Positions 9,960 to 20,773 of a stretch of 64,000 bases of DNA are shown here, piece after piece. The DNA comes from an uncultured bacterium (GTDB taxonomy: Bacteria > JAGOEH01 > CAYLKS01): the NCBI GenBank assembly GCA_964384205.1, contig CAYLKS010000005.1:3567-67566 (forward strand). The letters are read 5' to 3'. How positions within the stretch are numbered: the first letter of the stretch is position 1; each line of letters begins with the position of its first letter. The notes beneath the pieces were generated by a model. It saw only the letters and a program-made list of their open reading frames with translations, was not told the DNA's origin and ran no database searches. Position numbers and translations under genes: made by a program.

Positions 9960-10550
9960 ATGCAAAAAGCTAAAACTTCAACCAAAGAAAAAATTTTACT
10001 CGCAACTATCGAATGCATAGAAAAAGAAGGCATTCATGCTGTAACAATACGTAAAATAGCAAAAATAGCCAATGTTAATATAGCTTCTGTCAATTATCAT
10101 TTTAATTCTAAACAAAATCTATTACATCAATTAGCAAAATTTACAGCTGAAAATATGGTAAGAGAATGGTATATGCAGCTTGAAAATGAAAATGAAATAG
10201 AAACAATATTAAAATTCATAGCAAAAGAACTAATTGTAGGAATATTGCAATATCCCAATTTATCCAGATGGCATTTTTTTGAAATCTTTAACAAGCCAGA
10301 AAACATTATATCTCAATATTTAATTGGTTTTATAGAAAAATTATCAGAAAAAATAAATAAACTTTATCCAAACTTGCCCCCCCAAAATATCCAAAAATTA
10401 ATTATTCAATTTTTCTCGTTATTTATATTCTACCCATTATTTAATACTATATTCAATAGTGCTCTAAAAAATAATTTATTAAATGAACAAAATATAGATG
10501 AATTTGTTAGTTCTACTATTAATACATTAATCCGCGATTATCTCAATTGA
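9960..10550 (+). CDS. TetR/AcrR family transcriptional regulator
   Basis: 196 aa with an N-terminal TetR helix-turn-helix (ILLATIECIEKEGIHAVTIRKIAKIANVNIASVNYHF). Confidence 0.8.
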   Translation: MQKAKTSTKEKILLATIECIEKEGIHAVTIRKIAKIANVNIASVNYHFNSKQNLLHQLAKFTAENMVREWYMQLENENEIETILKFIAKELIVGILQYPNLSRWHFFEIFNKPENIISQYLIGFIEKLSEKINKLYPNLPPQNIQKLIIQFFSLFIFYPLFNTIFNSALKNNLLNEQNIDEFVSSTINTLIRDYLN

Positions 10551-10580
10551 AAAGGAGGAGAATATAAGGAGGAGAATATT

Positions 10581-12863
10581 ATGAAAATAAAAATATTACC
10601 ATTTTTTATAATTTCCTTTATAACCATATTAATTTATGCATCAGAACCTTCTGGAAAAATAAAAGGAATTGTAAAAGATATAGAAAATGATGAGCCTTTA
10701 ATAGGTGTTAATGTATTAATAGTCGGTACATCAAAAGGAACAATAACAGATACATCGGGCAAATTCTCTATTAACAATATTCCTGTTGGGAGTTATACCT
10801 TAGAATTTAGATATATTGGATATAAAACCTTAAGAATAACAGATATAATAGTAAAACCAGCAAGAACAACCTACATAACAGTAAAAATGCAAACTAACCC
10901 TCTACAATTAGAAGAAGTAAAAGTTACACCTCAATATTTCCAAAAAAATGATGAACAGCCAACAAGTAATATTACATTTTCATTTGAAGAAGTCAGGAGA
11001 GCACCAGGAGCTGCTGGAGACATCAGTAGAATAGTAATGAGTCTACCAAGTGTTGCAAAAATAAATGATCAATCTAATGGGCTCATTGTAAGAGGTGGAA
11101 ATCCAATCGAAAATGGATTTTATATTGATGATATAGAAGTACCAAATATTAATCATTTTCCAATGCAAGGAGTAACAAATGGTGCAATAAGTATCATAAA
11201 TGTAGATTTTATTCAAAATGTAGAATTTTACAGTGGTGGATTCTCATCTTTATACGGAAATAAACTATCCTCTATCATGAATATACAATTTAGAGAAGGA
11301 AGTAGAGAAAAAATAACAGGCCAACTTGATCTAAATTTTTCAGGTTTGGGCGGAATTATAGAAGGACCATTATTTAACAAAAAAGGGGCTTTTTTATTTT
11401 CAGCAAAAAGAAGCTATCTTGATTTCCTTATAAAAACAATAGACATGGGTACATCTGTATCTCCTCAATATGAAGATTATCAGGGAAAACTGACAATTGA
11501 TTTAAATCCTCAAAATAAACTTACTATATTAGGAATATTTGCAAAAGACTATAATAATCCTGATAGAAAAGCTGCTTTAGAAAATGATATGATCTATTAT
11601 GGAAAACAAAAAATCTCTCAGGGCGCTATAGGTACAAACTTAAAAACTCTATGGAATAAAAAAATATATTCAAAATTCATTTTCTCAACTAATTTACAAA
11701 AATTTAAAGAAACTGCCAGAGAAACAAATACGGATCAGCTAATCAGAACTAATACTTCTTCTGAAAATCATTATAATTTTAAAAATATTAACCATATAAA
11801 GTTTAATAATAAAAATTCTATAGACTTAGGAATTGAATATAAATATACTCAAAATAATTACAAAATGCATTATGGTTCTTTTACAAATTATCTCGGAGAT
11901 ACAACCAAAGCTTATGATTTTATTAAAACTATAAATTCCACACAAACTTCATTATTTTTCAACTATATCTCAAAATATATAAAAAGACTTACAGCAACTA
12001 TTGGATTTCGTGCTGATTATTATGGAATTAATGAAAAAATAAAAATTGACCATAGATTATCATTTACTTATCAAATAAACAATACTATATCTATAAATGC
12101 TTCCTATGGAATTTATCACCAAAATCTACCATTAATCTTTACTACTGACAAAAATTTACAAATTCCTAAAGCAATCCACTATATTATAGGATTTGAAAAA
12201 CTATTAACAGAAAATACAAAATTAACTCTTGAATTTTATAGAAAAAATTATAAACATTTTCCGATGAGTTCCGACCAACCAGATTTATTTTTGATAGATG
12301 AAATATTTTATGGATATGGTTTCTTTTTTAACCATGAAAACCTAAATTCTTCAGGAAAAGCTTATGCTCAGGGAACAGAACTAACAATTCAAAAAAAGAT
12401 TGTTAAAAATTTTTACGGACTAATAGGAGCTTCTTATTTCAGAGCAAAATATAAAAATTTAAATGATAAATGGATTAATAGAACATTTGATAATAAAGTT
12501 ATATTCAGCATACAGGGTGGTTATAAACCAAATAATAAATGGGAATTCAGCGCAAGATGGATTTATGCTGGTGGAGCACCCTATACACCTTTAAATATAG
12601 AGGCTTCTCGAAAATTCAAGCATTATATTATAGATGAAACAAGAGTAAATCAGGCAAGATATCCAGTTTATCATTCATTAAATATTAGATTTGATAGGAG
12701 ATTTTATTTTAAAAAAAGCAATTTAATATTTTATTTGAGTATCTGGAATGCCTATAATCATAAAAATATTGCTGCATACTTCTGGAATATTAAAAAGAAT
12801 AAAAAAGATGAAATCTATCAATGGCCATTGCTACCCATTATAGGTCTGGAATATGAATTCTAA
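10581..12863 (+). CDS. outer-membrane protein with a carboxypeptidase-regulatory-like domain and a TonB-dependent-receptor plug/barrel (SusC/TBDR-like)
   Basis: 760 aa with a signal peptide, a CarbopepD_reg-like N-domain (GIVKDIENDEPLIGVNVLIVGTSKGTITDTSGKFSINNIPVGSYTLEFRYIGY), a plug-like region and a long beta-rich C-terminus ending ...GLEYEF. It is preceded by a duplicated Shine-Dalgarno sequence. Confidence 0.7.
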   Translation: MKIKILPFFIISFITILIYASEPSGKIKGIVKDIENDEPLIGVNVLIVGTSKGTITDTSGKFSINNIPVGSYTLEFRYIGYKTLRITDIIVKPARTTYITVKMQTNPLQLEEVKVTPQYFQKNDEQPTSNITFSFEEVRRAPGAAGDISRIVMSLPSVAKINDQSNGLIVRGGNPIENGFYIDDIEVPNINHFPMQGVTNGAISIINVDFIQNVEFYSGGFSSLYGNKLSSIMNIQFREGSREKITGQLDLNFSGLGGIIEGPLFNKKGAFLFSAKRSYLDFLIKTIDMGTSVSPQYEDYQGKLTIDLNPQNKLTILGIFAKDYNNPDRKAALENDMIYYGKQKISQGAIGTNLKTLWNKKIYSKFIFSTNLQKFKETARETNTDQLIRTNTSSENHYNFKNINHIKFNNKNSIDLGIEYKYTQNNYKMHYGSFTNYLGDTTKAYDFIKTINSTQTSLFFNYISKYIKRLTATIGFRADYYGINEKIKIDHRLSFTYQINNTISINASYGIYHQNLPLIFTTDKNLQIPKAIHYIIGFEKLLTENTKLTLEFYRKNYKHFPMSSDQPDLFLIDEIFYGYGFFFNHENLNSSGKAYAQGTELTIQKKIVKNFYGLIGASYFRAKYKNLNDKWINRTFDNKVIFSIQGGYKPNNKWEFSARWIYAGGAPYTPLNIEASRKFKHYIIDETRVNQARYPVYHSLNIRFDRRFYFKKSNLIFYLSIWNAYNHKNIAAYFWNIKKNKKDEIYQWPLLPIIGLEYEF

Positions 12864-12892
12864 AAAACCAACTACTTCAAAACCCAATTGCT

Positions 12893-14182
12893 TTAATTTA
12901 AATTGAGATTTTCGATATAACTTTCTGTATAAATTATATTATTTTCTTTTATAACATGAATAAATTTTTCTAATTTCTTTGATGAACTATTTTGAAAATT
13001 TTGATCCATTGCTAGGGAATAAGCTTCTGTTCCCGGCAGTGGAATAAATTTATTTATCTGTGCAATTTTAGGTATATATTTTTTATTCTTTTTTATAAAT
13101 AGCAATGTCTCTTCAAAATCTTTTTCTGTCTCACCCGGAAAATCATAAATCAAACTAATCTCAGCAAAAAGATTATTCTTATAAAGAGCTTGTAAAAATC
13201 TTGATGCAATTTCTGTATTATACCTTTTATTCATCAATTTTAAAACCTTATCACTTCCACTTTCAAGTCCAATAAAAAGCCCAACACATCCAGATTTCTT
13301 CATCATTTGAAAAATTTCATCATCCATATCATTCCTAATATAAATCTGAGCATCCCAATATAACTCCACCTTATTTTTTATCATCAAATCCAACAAATTA
13401 TAAAGCTTATTCAAATTACCATTTATCAAAGAATCAAAAAAAGTAATCCACTTTATCTTATATACTTTTTTTAAATATAACAAATACTCTACAAAATCTA
13501 ATTCGTTATAAGTCTTAAATTTATCAAATAATTTTGTTTCTGCACAAAAAGCACACCTATTAATACAACCACGCGAAAACATTACAGGTAATGCCTTCTT
13601 TCTTTTATAATTTTTAAGATCAAAATATTTAAACTCCGGAAATCCTACCTCCGAAAGCTTTACCACTGGTTCATGATAAATCTTATTATTATTTCTCAAC
13701 TTGTATATTGCTTTTTCACCTTCACCAACAATAATTTTATCTGCAAAATAATAAAAACTTCGAAGGTCCTTCCCCTCCCATACTCTATATTGAATTTGAG
13801 GGCCTCCAATTATTATCTTAATATCCTCTTCTTTTTTTCGTAAAACATCTGCTATTTTAAAAATGAATTTTTCATTCAATTTAAAAACACTAAAGCCAAT
13901 ATATTTTATATTTTCTCTTTCAATTATATCAAAAATTTCCTCAAATTTATAATTAAATTCTGAAACAACATATTGAAAAAAAACTTCATATTCTTCTTTT
14001 GTAAGAACAGTCCATCTTTTCTGCCATTTTTTCTCTATTAAATTATAAATCTCAGCATTCAAATCTTTAATTACAGGAAAAAAATTATTTCTCTCTAAAT
14101 GAGCGGAAATATATGCTATACCTAAAGGAGGAAGATTCGGCCATATAGGCGGCATCACAATCAATAAAATCTTTTCTTTCAT
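12893..14182 (-). CDS. B12-binding domain radical SAM protein (class B rSAM)
   Basis: 429 aa with an N-terminal cobalamin-binding-like domain and the CxxxCxxC motif FSRGCINRCAFCAE. Confidence 0.8.
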   Translation of the reverse strand: MKEKILLIVMPPIWPNLPPLGIAYISAHLERNNFFPVIKDLNAEIYNLIEKKWQKRWTVLTKEEYEVFFQYVVSEFNYKFEEIFDIIERENIKYIGFSVFKLNEKFIFKIADVLRKKEEDIKIIIGGPQIQYRVWEGKDLRSFYYFADKIIVGEGEKAIYKLRNNNKIYHEPVVKLSEVGFPEFKYFDLKNYKRKKALPVMFSRGCINRCAFCAETKLFDKFKTYNELDFVEYLLYLKKVYKIKWITFFDSLINGNLNKLYNLLDLMIKNKVELYWDAQIYIRNDMDDEIFQMMKKSGCVGLFIGLESGSDKVLKLMNKRYNTEIASRFLQALYKNNLFAEISLIYDFPGETEKDFEETLLFIKKNKKYIPKIAQINKFIPLPGTEAYSLAMDQNFQNSSSKKLEKFIHVIKENNIIYTESYIENLNLN

Positions 14183-14185
14183 ATA

Positions 14186-15928
14186 CTAAAAATTAATTCC
14201 AACATTAATATTAAGAACCCAATAATCATAACCGTAATAATGTTGCTTGCCTAACATAAAATCAGCTACCATAAAACTACTTTTTTTCATTATGTTAACG
14301 CCATACGAATATTCAGTAGCAGTATTAATTATTTGAAATTCAGTATCCACAAATCTAAAATATCTTGTATTACGAATATTATAATAAGCTAATACATTAT
14401 AACCAAATATATTAGCATTTGAATTTATTTCAAAAAAATTTCTTTTTCTCAACTTATTATTATAAAAATAAAATTTATCATCATAATTAGCTAAGTAGTA
14501 GCCATTATCACGCCTATTGAAATTATTTCTAATAGATATACTAAAACTATCTGAAAATTTAACATTAAAACCTAACACATTATCAAAAATTAATATTGCT
14601 GTATTTTGTTCTGGAACATATTTATAATAAATATAATCCGAAGCTAAATAAATACTATCTATTAACGTCACATTATCATTTAGTTTATACTGAAAATCAG
14701 ATGAAAGTGAATATCTGTTATTAAAATAATTATTTATAGAAGCATATTTGGATATATAAACAAATTTTTTCCTTAAGTTTTTAACTTCAATTATTGAACT
14801 AAATTTTTCAAAACTAAGTGATAACTTTAAAAATAAAAAATCTCTTAACTGATCATTATCATTAAAATTAAGTTCACTCAAATAATGAAAGTAATCCTTT
14901 TCAAGATGTTTTGCAAACTCAACCTTATAAAAATTGTATTCCCAGAATAAAGCCAGTTTTAAATTATAATTTTTATATATAAAATTATCAAAATCAAAAA
15001 AATATTTAAAATTACTCCTTTGAAATGATTCTTCAACAAAAAACTTTAAATTTCTATTTAATGCGTATTCTATTTTAAAATTATGAAAAAAAATCTTTTG
15101 AATTCTCTTATTTATTGTAGCACTATGATTTTTATAAAAATCATTAGAAACAGAATCCAGTACAATTTTACCATTTAAAGATAAACCATAAAATTCATTT
15201 AACGTAAATTCTGTGAAAAAATTATAACTAAATTCATCTTTATTCTGAGTAAAATCTTGTTTTGGGATTTGTCTTATAGCCTTTGAAAAATTAAAATAAA
15301 CTTTTGTTGCCAAATTTTTCAATGAAAAAAAATAAAAATTTTCACTGGATACTTCTTTATAAGAAGTTTGTTCCTGGCCATTTATTATAATATTGTTATG
15401 CGATTCCAAATTATTATAATTTAAATAAACATTTAATGAATCATATAATCCATCATTATTAATTAAACTATCCAGATTTTGATGTATTACCTTATATTTT
15501 TCATCTTTATAACCAAATCTATTTTTAAAAGAAAGATATTTAAAAAAAGAATGCTCAATTATAGTAGAATAATTATAAGATGTTGATTTTATTTTAGAAT
15601 AAAATGTTTTATCTAAATTATTTGAATATTGGAAATCTAACGAAATGCCATCTAATATTTTTCTATTAAAAATATAATCTGTTATCTTTTGATATTTTTT
15701 TAAAGAATAATTATAAATCTGATTAGAATTAAATTTAAAAAAACCAAAATCAATTTTATTAATTAAACTTTCATTATCTCGCAATTTTGAATAATTAGAA
15801 ATTGCTTTATTTTGAGCTATGGAAAAAGAGAAAATAAATATAAGCAAAAAAAAACTATTTATATAATTTTTTTCTAAAAATCGTATTAATTTTAATATCT
15901 TTGCTATATGGTAAAAATATATAATCAT
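14186..15928 (-). CDS. hypothetical N/Y/F/K-rich protein, possible outer-membrane beta-barrel (true start uncertain)
   Basis: 580 aa. A hydrophobic signal-like segment ([19 protein letters not shown]) appears only after about 25 aa, so the real start is probably downstream of 15928 (for example the TTG encoding FLLIF). Alternating aromatic and polar residues and a C-terminal ...GINF are typical of an OM barrel. Nothing else is recognisable. Confidence 0.4.
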   Translation of the reverse strand: MIIYFYHIAKILKLIRFLEKNYINSFFLLIFIFSFSIAQNKAISNYSKLRDNESLINKIDFGFFKFNSNQIYNYSLKKYQKITDYIFNRKILDGISLDFQYSNNLDKTFYSKIKSTSYNYSTIIEHSFFKYLSFKNRFGYKDEKYKVIHQNLDSLINNDGLYDSLNVYLNYNNLESHNNIIINGQEQTSYKEVSSENFYFFSLKNLATKVYFNFSKAIRQIPKQDFTQNKDEFSYNFFTEFTLNEFYGLSLNGKIVLDSVSNDFYKNHSATINKRIQKIFFHNFKIEYALNRNLKFFVEESFQRSNFKYFFDFDNFIYKNYNLKLALFWEYNFYKVEFAKHLEKDYFHYLSELNFNDNDQLRDFLFLKLSLSFEKFSSIIEVKNLRKKFVYISKYASINNYFNNRYSLSSDFQYKLNDNVTLIDSIYLASDYIYYKYVPEQNTAILIFDNVLGFNVKFSDSFSISIRNNFNRRDNGYYLANYDDKFYFYNNKLRKRNFFEINSNANIFGYNVLAYYNIRNTRYFRFVDTEFQIINTATEYSYGVNIMKKSSFMVADFMLGKQHYYGYDYWVLNINVGINF

Positions 15929-17090
15929 TGGGATTGGCTATTTTAGTTGGCATAAAAAATATATTAAACATTTGCTTTACTTTAAAATTATGCCATCTTT
16001 TATTTTTAAAATCAAAAATTTCTATTGTATCATTTAGAGAAAAATGATTTTTCACTTCTAATAAAATCCATGTTTTTTCATATATACGCCTTACAATAGC
16101 AATAGTCTGATATTGCCTATTATATTTAATAGCAGAATAATTTTGCATTTTAGAATGGGGTGTTTTGTTAAAAAATGCTGTGGTAAAATCTCTATTATCC
16201 GCACTCTTTAATTCCTTTTTCAAATCATCCAATTTATCAAAAAATAAATTTTTATCTTCATAAACAATGTCAATAGCTTTTCTATAAACAGAAACTACTG
16301 TTGAAATATAATTTAAAGATTTCATTCTACCTTCAATTTTAATAGAATCAATATTTGCATCAATAATATCCGGCAAAAAATCAATTAAACACAAATCTTT
16401 AGAATTTAAAACATAAGACCCATATTCATCCTCTTGTATATCAAATTTCTCACCGGGTCTTGATTCTTCAATTAATCTAAAATTCCATCTACATGGATGT
16501 GTACATTCTCCTAAATTAGCAGAACGATTGGTTAAAACAGCACTCAATAAACATCTGCCAGAATAGGAAATACACATTGCGCCATGTATGAAAATCTCTA
16601 ATTCCGCATTTGTATTATCTCTAATTTCCTTTATTTCATCAAAGGAAAGTTCTCTTGCAAGGTTGAATCTTTTAACATTAAATTGTTTCAAAAAATTTAT
16701 TGAATAAAAATTTGTAGTATTAGCCTGAGTACTCAAATGTATTGGAATATCTGGCGCTAATTCATTAGCTAAAGACAATACTCCTAAATCGGAAATTATA
16801 ATACCATCCGGTTTAATAGATTGTAAAAACTTCAAAAATTCTTTTATTTCATCTAAATGATAAACATGGGCAAAAATATTTAAAGTCACATAAGCTTTTT
16901 TGCTGTTTTCATGAATATATTCTATAGCTTTTATAAGTTCTTCATCAGAAAAATTATTACTAAATGATCTAAGGCTAAATTTCTTTCCCCCTAAATAAAC
17001 AGCATCTGCACCTGCTTCTATAGCCACTTTCATTTTATCAAAATCACCTGCAGGTGCAAGAAGTTCTATTTTCTTATTTTGCATTATCAT
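15855..17090 (-). CDS. peptidase U32 family protein (Fe-S, RlhA/UbiU/YhbU-like)
   Basis: 411 aa, N-terminus [35 protein letters not shown], with a four-Cys cluster CISYSGRC...ECTHPC typical of U32 proteins. Confidence 0.8.
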   Translation of the reverse strand: MIMQNKKIELLAPAGDFDKMKVAIEAGADAVYLGGKKFSLRSFSNNFSDEELIKAIEYIHENSKKAYVTLNIFAHVYHLDEIKEFLKFLQSIKPDGIIISDLGVLSLANELAPDIPIHLSTQANTTNFYSINFLKQFNVKRFNLARELSFDEIKEIRDNTNAELEIFIHGAMCISYSGRCLLSAVLTNRSANLGECTHPCRWNFRLIEESRPGEKFDIQEDEYGSYVLNSKDLCLIDFLPDIIDANIDSIKIEGRMKSLNYISTVVSVYRKAIDIVYEDKNLFFDKLDDLKKELKSADNRDFTTAFFNKTPHSKMQNYSAIKYNRQYQTIAIVRRIYEKTWILLEVKNHFSLNDTIEIFDFKNKRWHNFKVKQMFNIFFMPTKIANPNDYIFLPYSKDIKINTIFRKKLYK

Positions 17091-17841
17091 CCTTATTTTT
17101 ATCTTTTGACATAAAAGGTGTTAGTATATCAATCGGAATAGGAAAAATTGTAGTAGAATTATTTTCTGCAGCAATTTCTCTTAATGTCTGCAAATATCTT
17201 AATTGAAGTGCCACAGGATAACTTTGTATGATTTTTGAAGCTTCCATTAGTTTATTAGCCGCTTGATATTCTCCTTCTGCATTTATTATTTTTGCTCTTC
17301 TTTCTCTTTCTGCTTCTGCCTGCTTTGCCATTGCTCTTTGCATCTCCTGTGGAAGATCTATATGTTTTATTTCAACCAAAGATACTTTTACTCCCCAAGG
17401 GTCAGATTGTTTATCAATTACAGCTTGTAATTCTTTATTAACTTTATCTTGATTAGCCAGAATATCATCTAATTCAAATTTACCGAGAACCGAACGCAAA
17501 CTTGTCTGAGACAACTGACTGGTAGCGTATAAATAATCTTCAACCTCAATCACAGCTTTTTCTGGATCCATAACTCTAAAATAAACAACCGCATTTACTT
17601 TAATAGAAATATTATCTTTTGTAATAATATCCTGCGGTGGAACATCCAACGCAACTGTTCTCAAACTCACTTTCACCATTTTATCAATAAAGGGAAATAA
17701 AATTATAAGACCTGGCCCTTTTATACCAATCAATCTTCCCAATCTAAAAATAACTCCTCTCTCATATTCTCGTAAAATCCTAAAAATATTCAACAAGAAA
17801 AAAATTATAAAAATTACAACTAAATATGAAAAATAAAGCAT
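17074..17841 (-). CDS. SPFH/band-7 (stomatin-like) membrane protein
   Basis: 255 aa with an N-terminal TM segment followed by an SPFH domain ([45 protein letters not shown]). It is paired with NfeD. Confidence 0.85.
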   Translation of the reverse strand: MLYFSYLVVIFIIFFLLNIFRILREYERGVIFRLGRLIGIKGPGLIILFPFIDKMVKVSLRTVALDVPPQDIITKDNISIKVNAVVYFRVMDPEKAVIEVEDYLYATSQLSQTSLRSVLGKFELDDILANQDKVNKELQAVIDKQSDPWGVKVSLVEIKHIDLPQEMQRAMAKQAEAERERRAKIINAEGEYQAANKLMEASKIIQSYPVALQLRYLQTLREIAAENNSTTIFPIPIDILTPFMSKDKNKDDNAK

Positions 17842-17842
17842 A

Positions 17843-19147
17843 TTAGCCCTCCTTTTTCCTCACTATTAATGTCATCCCATTAATATTAATAATTTCTACC
17901 ATATCTCCTGCCTCATATATATCATTATTCTCTGAAATTGCATTCCAATATTCACCGTGGATATATACACGCCCGCCCTTATCTGTAACCCGATCAACTA
18001 CTTTAGCAAATTCGCCTATCATACCCTCTTTACCACATTTCTTTTTATTTTTTTGCGCTTTAATCGCTAAATACACTAACAGCAAAAAAAATAATGCTGT
18101 AATTCCCACTCCAATTATTATCACAGGTAAAGATATTTTAATAAATGATAACTCAGTGTCTATCAAAAAAAAAGAACCCAAAAACATAGAAATAATCCCT
18201 CCTATAAATAGTAAACCATGGGTATTTACCTTAACTTCAAGTATAAATAATAAAACAGCAAATAATATTAATATTATTCCTGCTATATTTATTGGTAAAG
18301 TATGGAAAGAATATAATGCAATAACAAGAGAAATCACCCCTACAATACCGGGCAAAATAGAGCCAGGATTGGATAATTCAAATATCAAACCATACATGCC
18401 CAATAACATAAAAATATATGCTATATTAGGATCGCTTATCAATTTTAAAAAAGCAAGCCACCAATCAATCTCAAAAAACACCTTCTCTGGATTTAATAAT
18501 TCCAATTTACAAATCTTACCATTAACTTCTAATTCTCTATTATTCAAAGCTATTATAATAGAATCCAAATCATCTGTTATTTGATCAATAACATTTAAAG
18601 ACAAAGCCTCTTTTTCAGTTAATGTTTCCGATTTTCTGACAGCACTAACAAGCCATTTTTCATTTCTATTCCTTTTCTCAGCAATATTTTTCATAAAAGC
18701 AATAGCATCATTTAATATTTTCTCAGACATAACATTACTTGAATCTAATTTCATATTATTACCAATACTTACAGGATGAGCAGCTCCAAGATGAGTTCCT
18801 TCACACATAACTGCCCAATTCGAGGCCGCAGTTATAAACACACCAGCAGAGGCCGCTCTTGCTCCAGCAGGTGTTATATACACACTTATAGGTATATCAG
18901 AACTTAAAAATAGCTGCACTATTCTCCTGGTAGATTCTAATAAACCACCTGGAGTATCAAGTTTAATTATCAATAAATCTATTTTATCAATTTTACATTT
19001 ATTAATTGCTTTTTCAAAATATCTATAGGTAATTGGACCTATTGGACCATCCCAATTTGCTATCATAACTTTTGAAGAATAAGACAAAGACAATAATAGG
19101 TGCAAAAAAAACAATATTCTACTTAATACTCTCATATATTTCTTCAA
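17843..19147 (-). CDS. NfeD-family membrane-bound ClpP-class serine protease
   Basis: 434 aa with an N-terminal ClpP-like domain ([18 protein letters not shown]...ASAGVFI), multiple TM segments and a C-terminal OB-fold region. This is the classical NfeD-stomatin pairing. Confidence 0.8.
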   Translation of the reverse strand: MKKYMRVLSRILFFLHLLLSLSYSSKVMIANWDGPIGPITYRYFEKAINKCKIDKIDLLIIKLDTPGGLLESTRRIVQLFLSSDIPISVYITPAGARAASAGVFITAASNWAVMCEGTHLGAAHPVSIGNNMKLDSSNVMSEKILNDAIAFMKNIAEKRNRNEKWLVSAVRKSETLTEKEALSLNVIDQITDDLDSIIIALNNRELEVNGKICKLELLNPEKVFFEIDWWLAFLKLISDPNIAYIFMLLGMYGLIFELSNPGSILPGIVGVISLVIALYSFHTLPINIAGIILILFAVLLFILEVKVNTHGLLFIGGIISMFLGSFFLIDTELSFIKISLPVIIIGVGITALFFLLLVYLAIKAQKNKKKCGKEGMIGEFAKVVDRVTDKGGRVYIHGEYWNAISENNDIYEAGDMVEIININGMTLIVRKKEG

Positions 19148-20624
19148 ATCTTTTATGATGTTTCTTAAAATAATTCAAAAGCTCAGGATCAAAGCTTGAT
19201 GGCTTTAACCTATTATCGCCTTTAGTTATAATTTCATAAGCATGTTCATGTGAAAAAGGAGGTTTATAAACTCTTGGACTCCTCAAAGCATCATATACAT
19301 CAACTATTTTTACTATCCTGGCAGCAATATCTATCTGCTCTCCTTTTAACCCATTAGGATAACCCGTTCCATCCCATGACTCATGATGCTGTAAAGCAAT
19401 TATTCTTGCCATTTCAAAATCTTTATTATCACCTAAAATTTTAGCACCATAAATAGTATGTTTCTTCATCTCTTCCCATTCTTCATGTGATAATTTACCT
19501 GGTTTTTTTAAAATATCCGGATGAACATGTAATTTCCCAACATCGTGTAATTGTGCTAACAACCTAATTCTATAACAAAATAATTCATCCATGCCCAAAG
19601 CTTTTGCTAATTCATAAGAATATTCATTCACCCTGATAATATGCTCGCCAGTATCATCATCCCATACTTCAGCAGCACGAGATAAAGCATAAATACTATA
19701 TTTATACATCTCCCGAATTTTTTCCAATGATTTAAATATAGATAGATAATAACCTAAATGAATTGTAGAACTTTTAATTATATAACTCTCTAAATCTGGA
19801 ACAAAATTACTAAAATTGCATGCTAAAATACTTAAATCGCCCACAGAATAATATAAAAAATTATCCATTTTATTATCTAAAATTTCTCTAACCTCAGGAT
19901 GGATCTCAATAGAATTAAATTCTTCTTTATTTTTTACCACCAATAATTTTTTTTGTTCATATTTAATTAAATATGGTATATCCAATTTTATATATTCTAT
20001 AACTTCCTTTTTTTCTACTTCAAACCTATAACAAAAAGCAGTAGATTCATCCCTCCTTTGATAAAAAACAAATAAATATTCTGGCATTGTTATTTTATCT
20101 TGATACTCTTTCTTAATAAGATCAATTATAACATTATCAATAGTATAGGGGAAACAATATAAACTAATTTTATTTAATTTACTTAATATCTCCTCTGAAA
20201 AATTATTAATTATCTCTAAATCATATAAAGCTATCTTAGATTTTTCTCTTTCTTTCTTTAAGTTTATCTGATTCTCAACCCTTGTCATTAACTCTGCAAT
20301 ATCCAATGGCTTATTTAAGAATTCATCAGCTCCACTTTTTAATGCTTCTAATTTTAAAACACTATCTTTTAATCCAGTCATCAAAATTATAGGAACGTCT
20401 GTAAAAATTTTATTCTCTCTTATACGTCTGCATGCTTCAATACCAGAAATTTCAGGCATATTTATATCCATTAATATTAAATCTGGTTTATATTCATTTA
20501 ATTTATTCAATGCATCAATAGCATCTGTTGTTGCAAATAAATTATAGCCTAATTCCAAAAATATATTTTTTATTAAATCTAAAATATACTCATCATCATC
20601 AACAACTAAAATTTTACTTTTCAT
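19119..20624 (-). CDS. response regulator with a C-terminal HD-GYP domain (c-di-GMP phosphodiesterase, RpfG-like)
   Basis: 501 aa with an N-terminal receiver (ILVVDDDEYILDLIKNIF...LILMDINMPEISGIEACRRIR) and a C-terminal HD domain with HHESWDGTGYP. Confidence 0.85.
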   Translation of the reverse strand: MKSKILVVDDDEYILDLIKNIFLELGYNLFATTDAIDALNKLNEYKPDLILMDINMPEISGIEACRRIRENKIFTDVPIILMTGLKDSVLKLEALKSGADEFLNKPLDIAELMTRVENQINLKKEREKSKIALYDLEIINNFSEEILSKLNKISLYCFPYTIDNVIIDLIKKEYQDKITMPEYLFVFYQRRDESTAFCYRFEVEKKEVIEYIKLDIPYLIKYEQKKLLVVKNKEEFNSIEIHPEVREILDNKMDNFLYYSVGDLSILACNFSNFVPDLESYIIKSSTIHLGYYLSIFKSLEKIREMYKYSIYALSRAAEVWDDDTGEHIIRVNEYSYELAKALGMDELFCYRIRLLAQLHDVGKLHVHPDILKKPGKLSHEEWEEMKKHTIYGAKILGDNKDFEMARIIALQHHESWDGTGYPNGLKGEQIDIAARIVKIVDVYDALRSPRVYKPPFSHEHAYEIITKGDNRLKPSSFDPELLNYFKKHHKRFEEIYESIK

Positions 20625-20773
20625 TACTTTCTCCCGGTGGTACTTTTAAAAAAATTAACCAAAAAAATATATTTTGTCAATAAAAATTTAAAATTATTAT
20701 TTTTTAGATACATAATGATATTTTTAAAAAAATTGACAATAAAACTTTATAATATTATATTTAATATTAAAAA

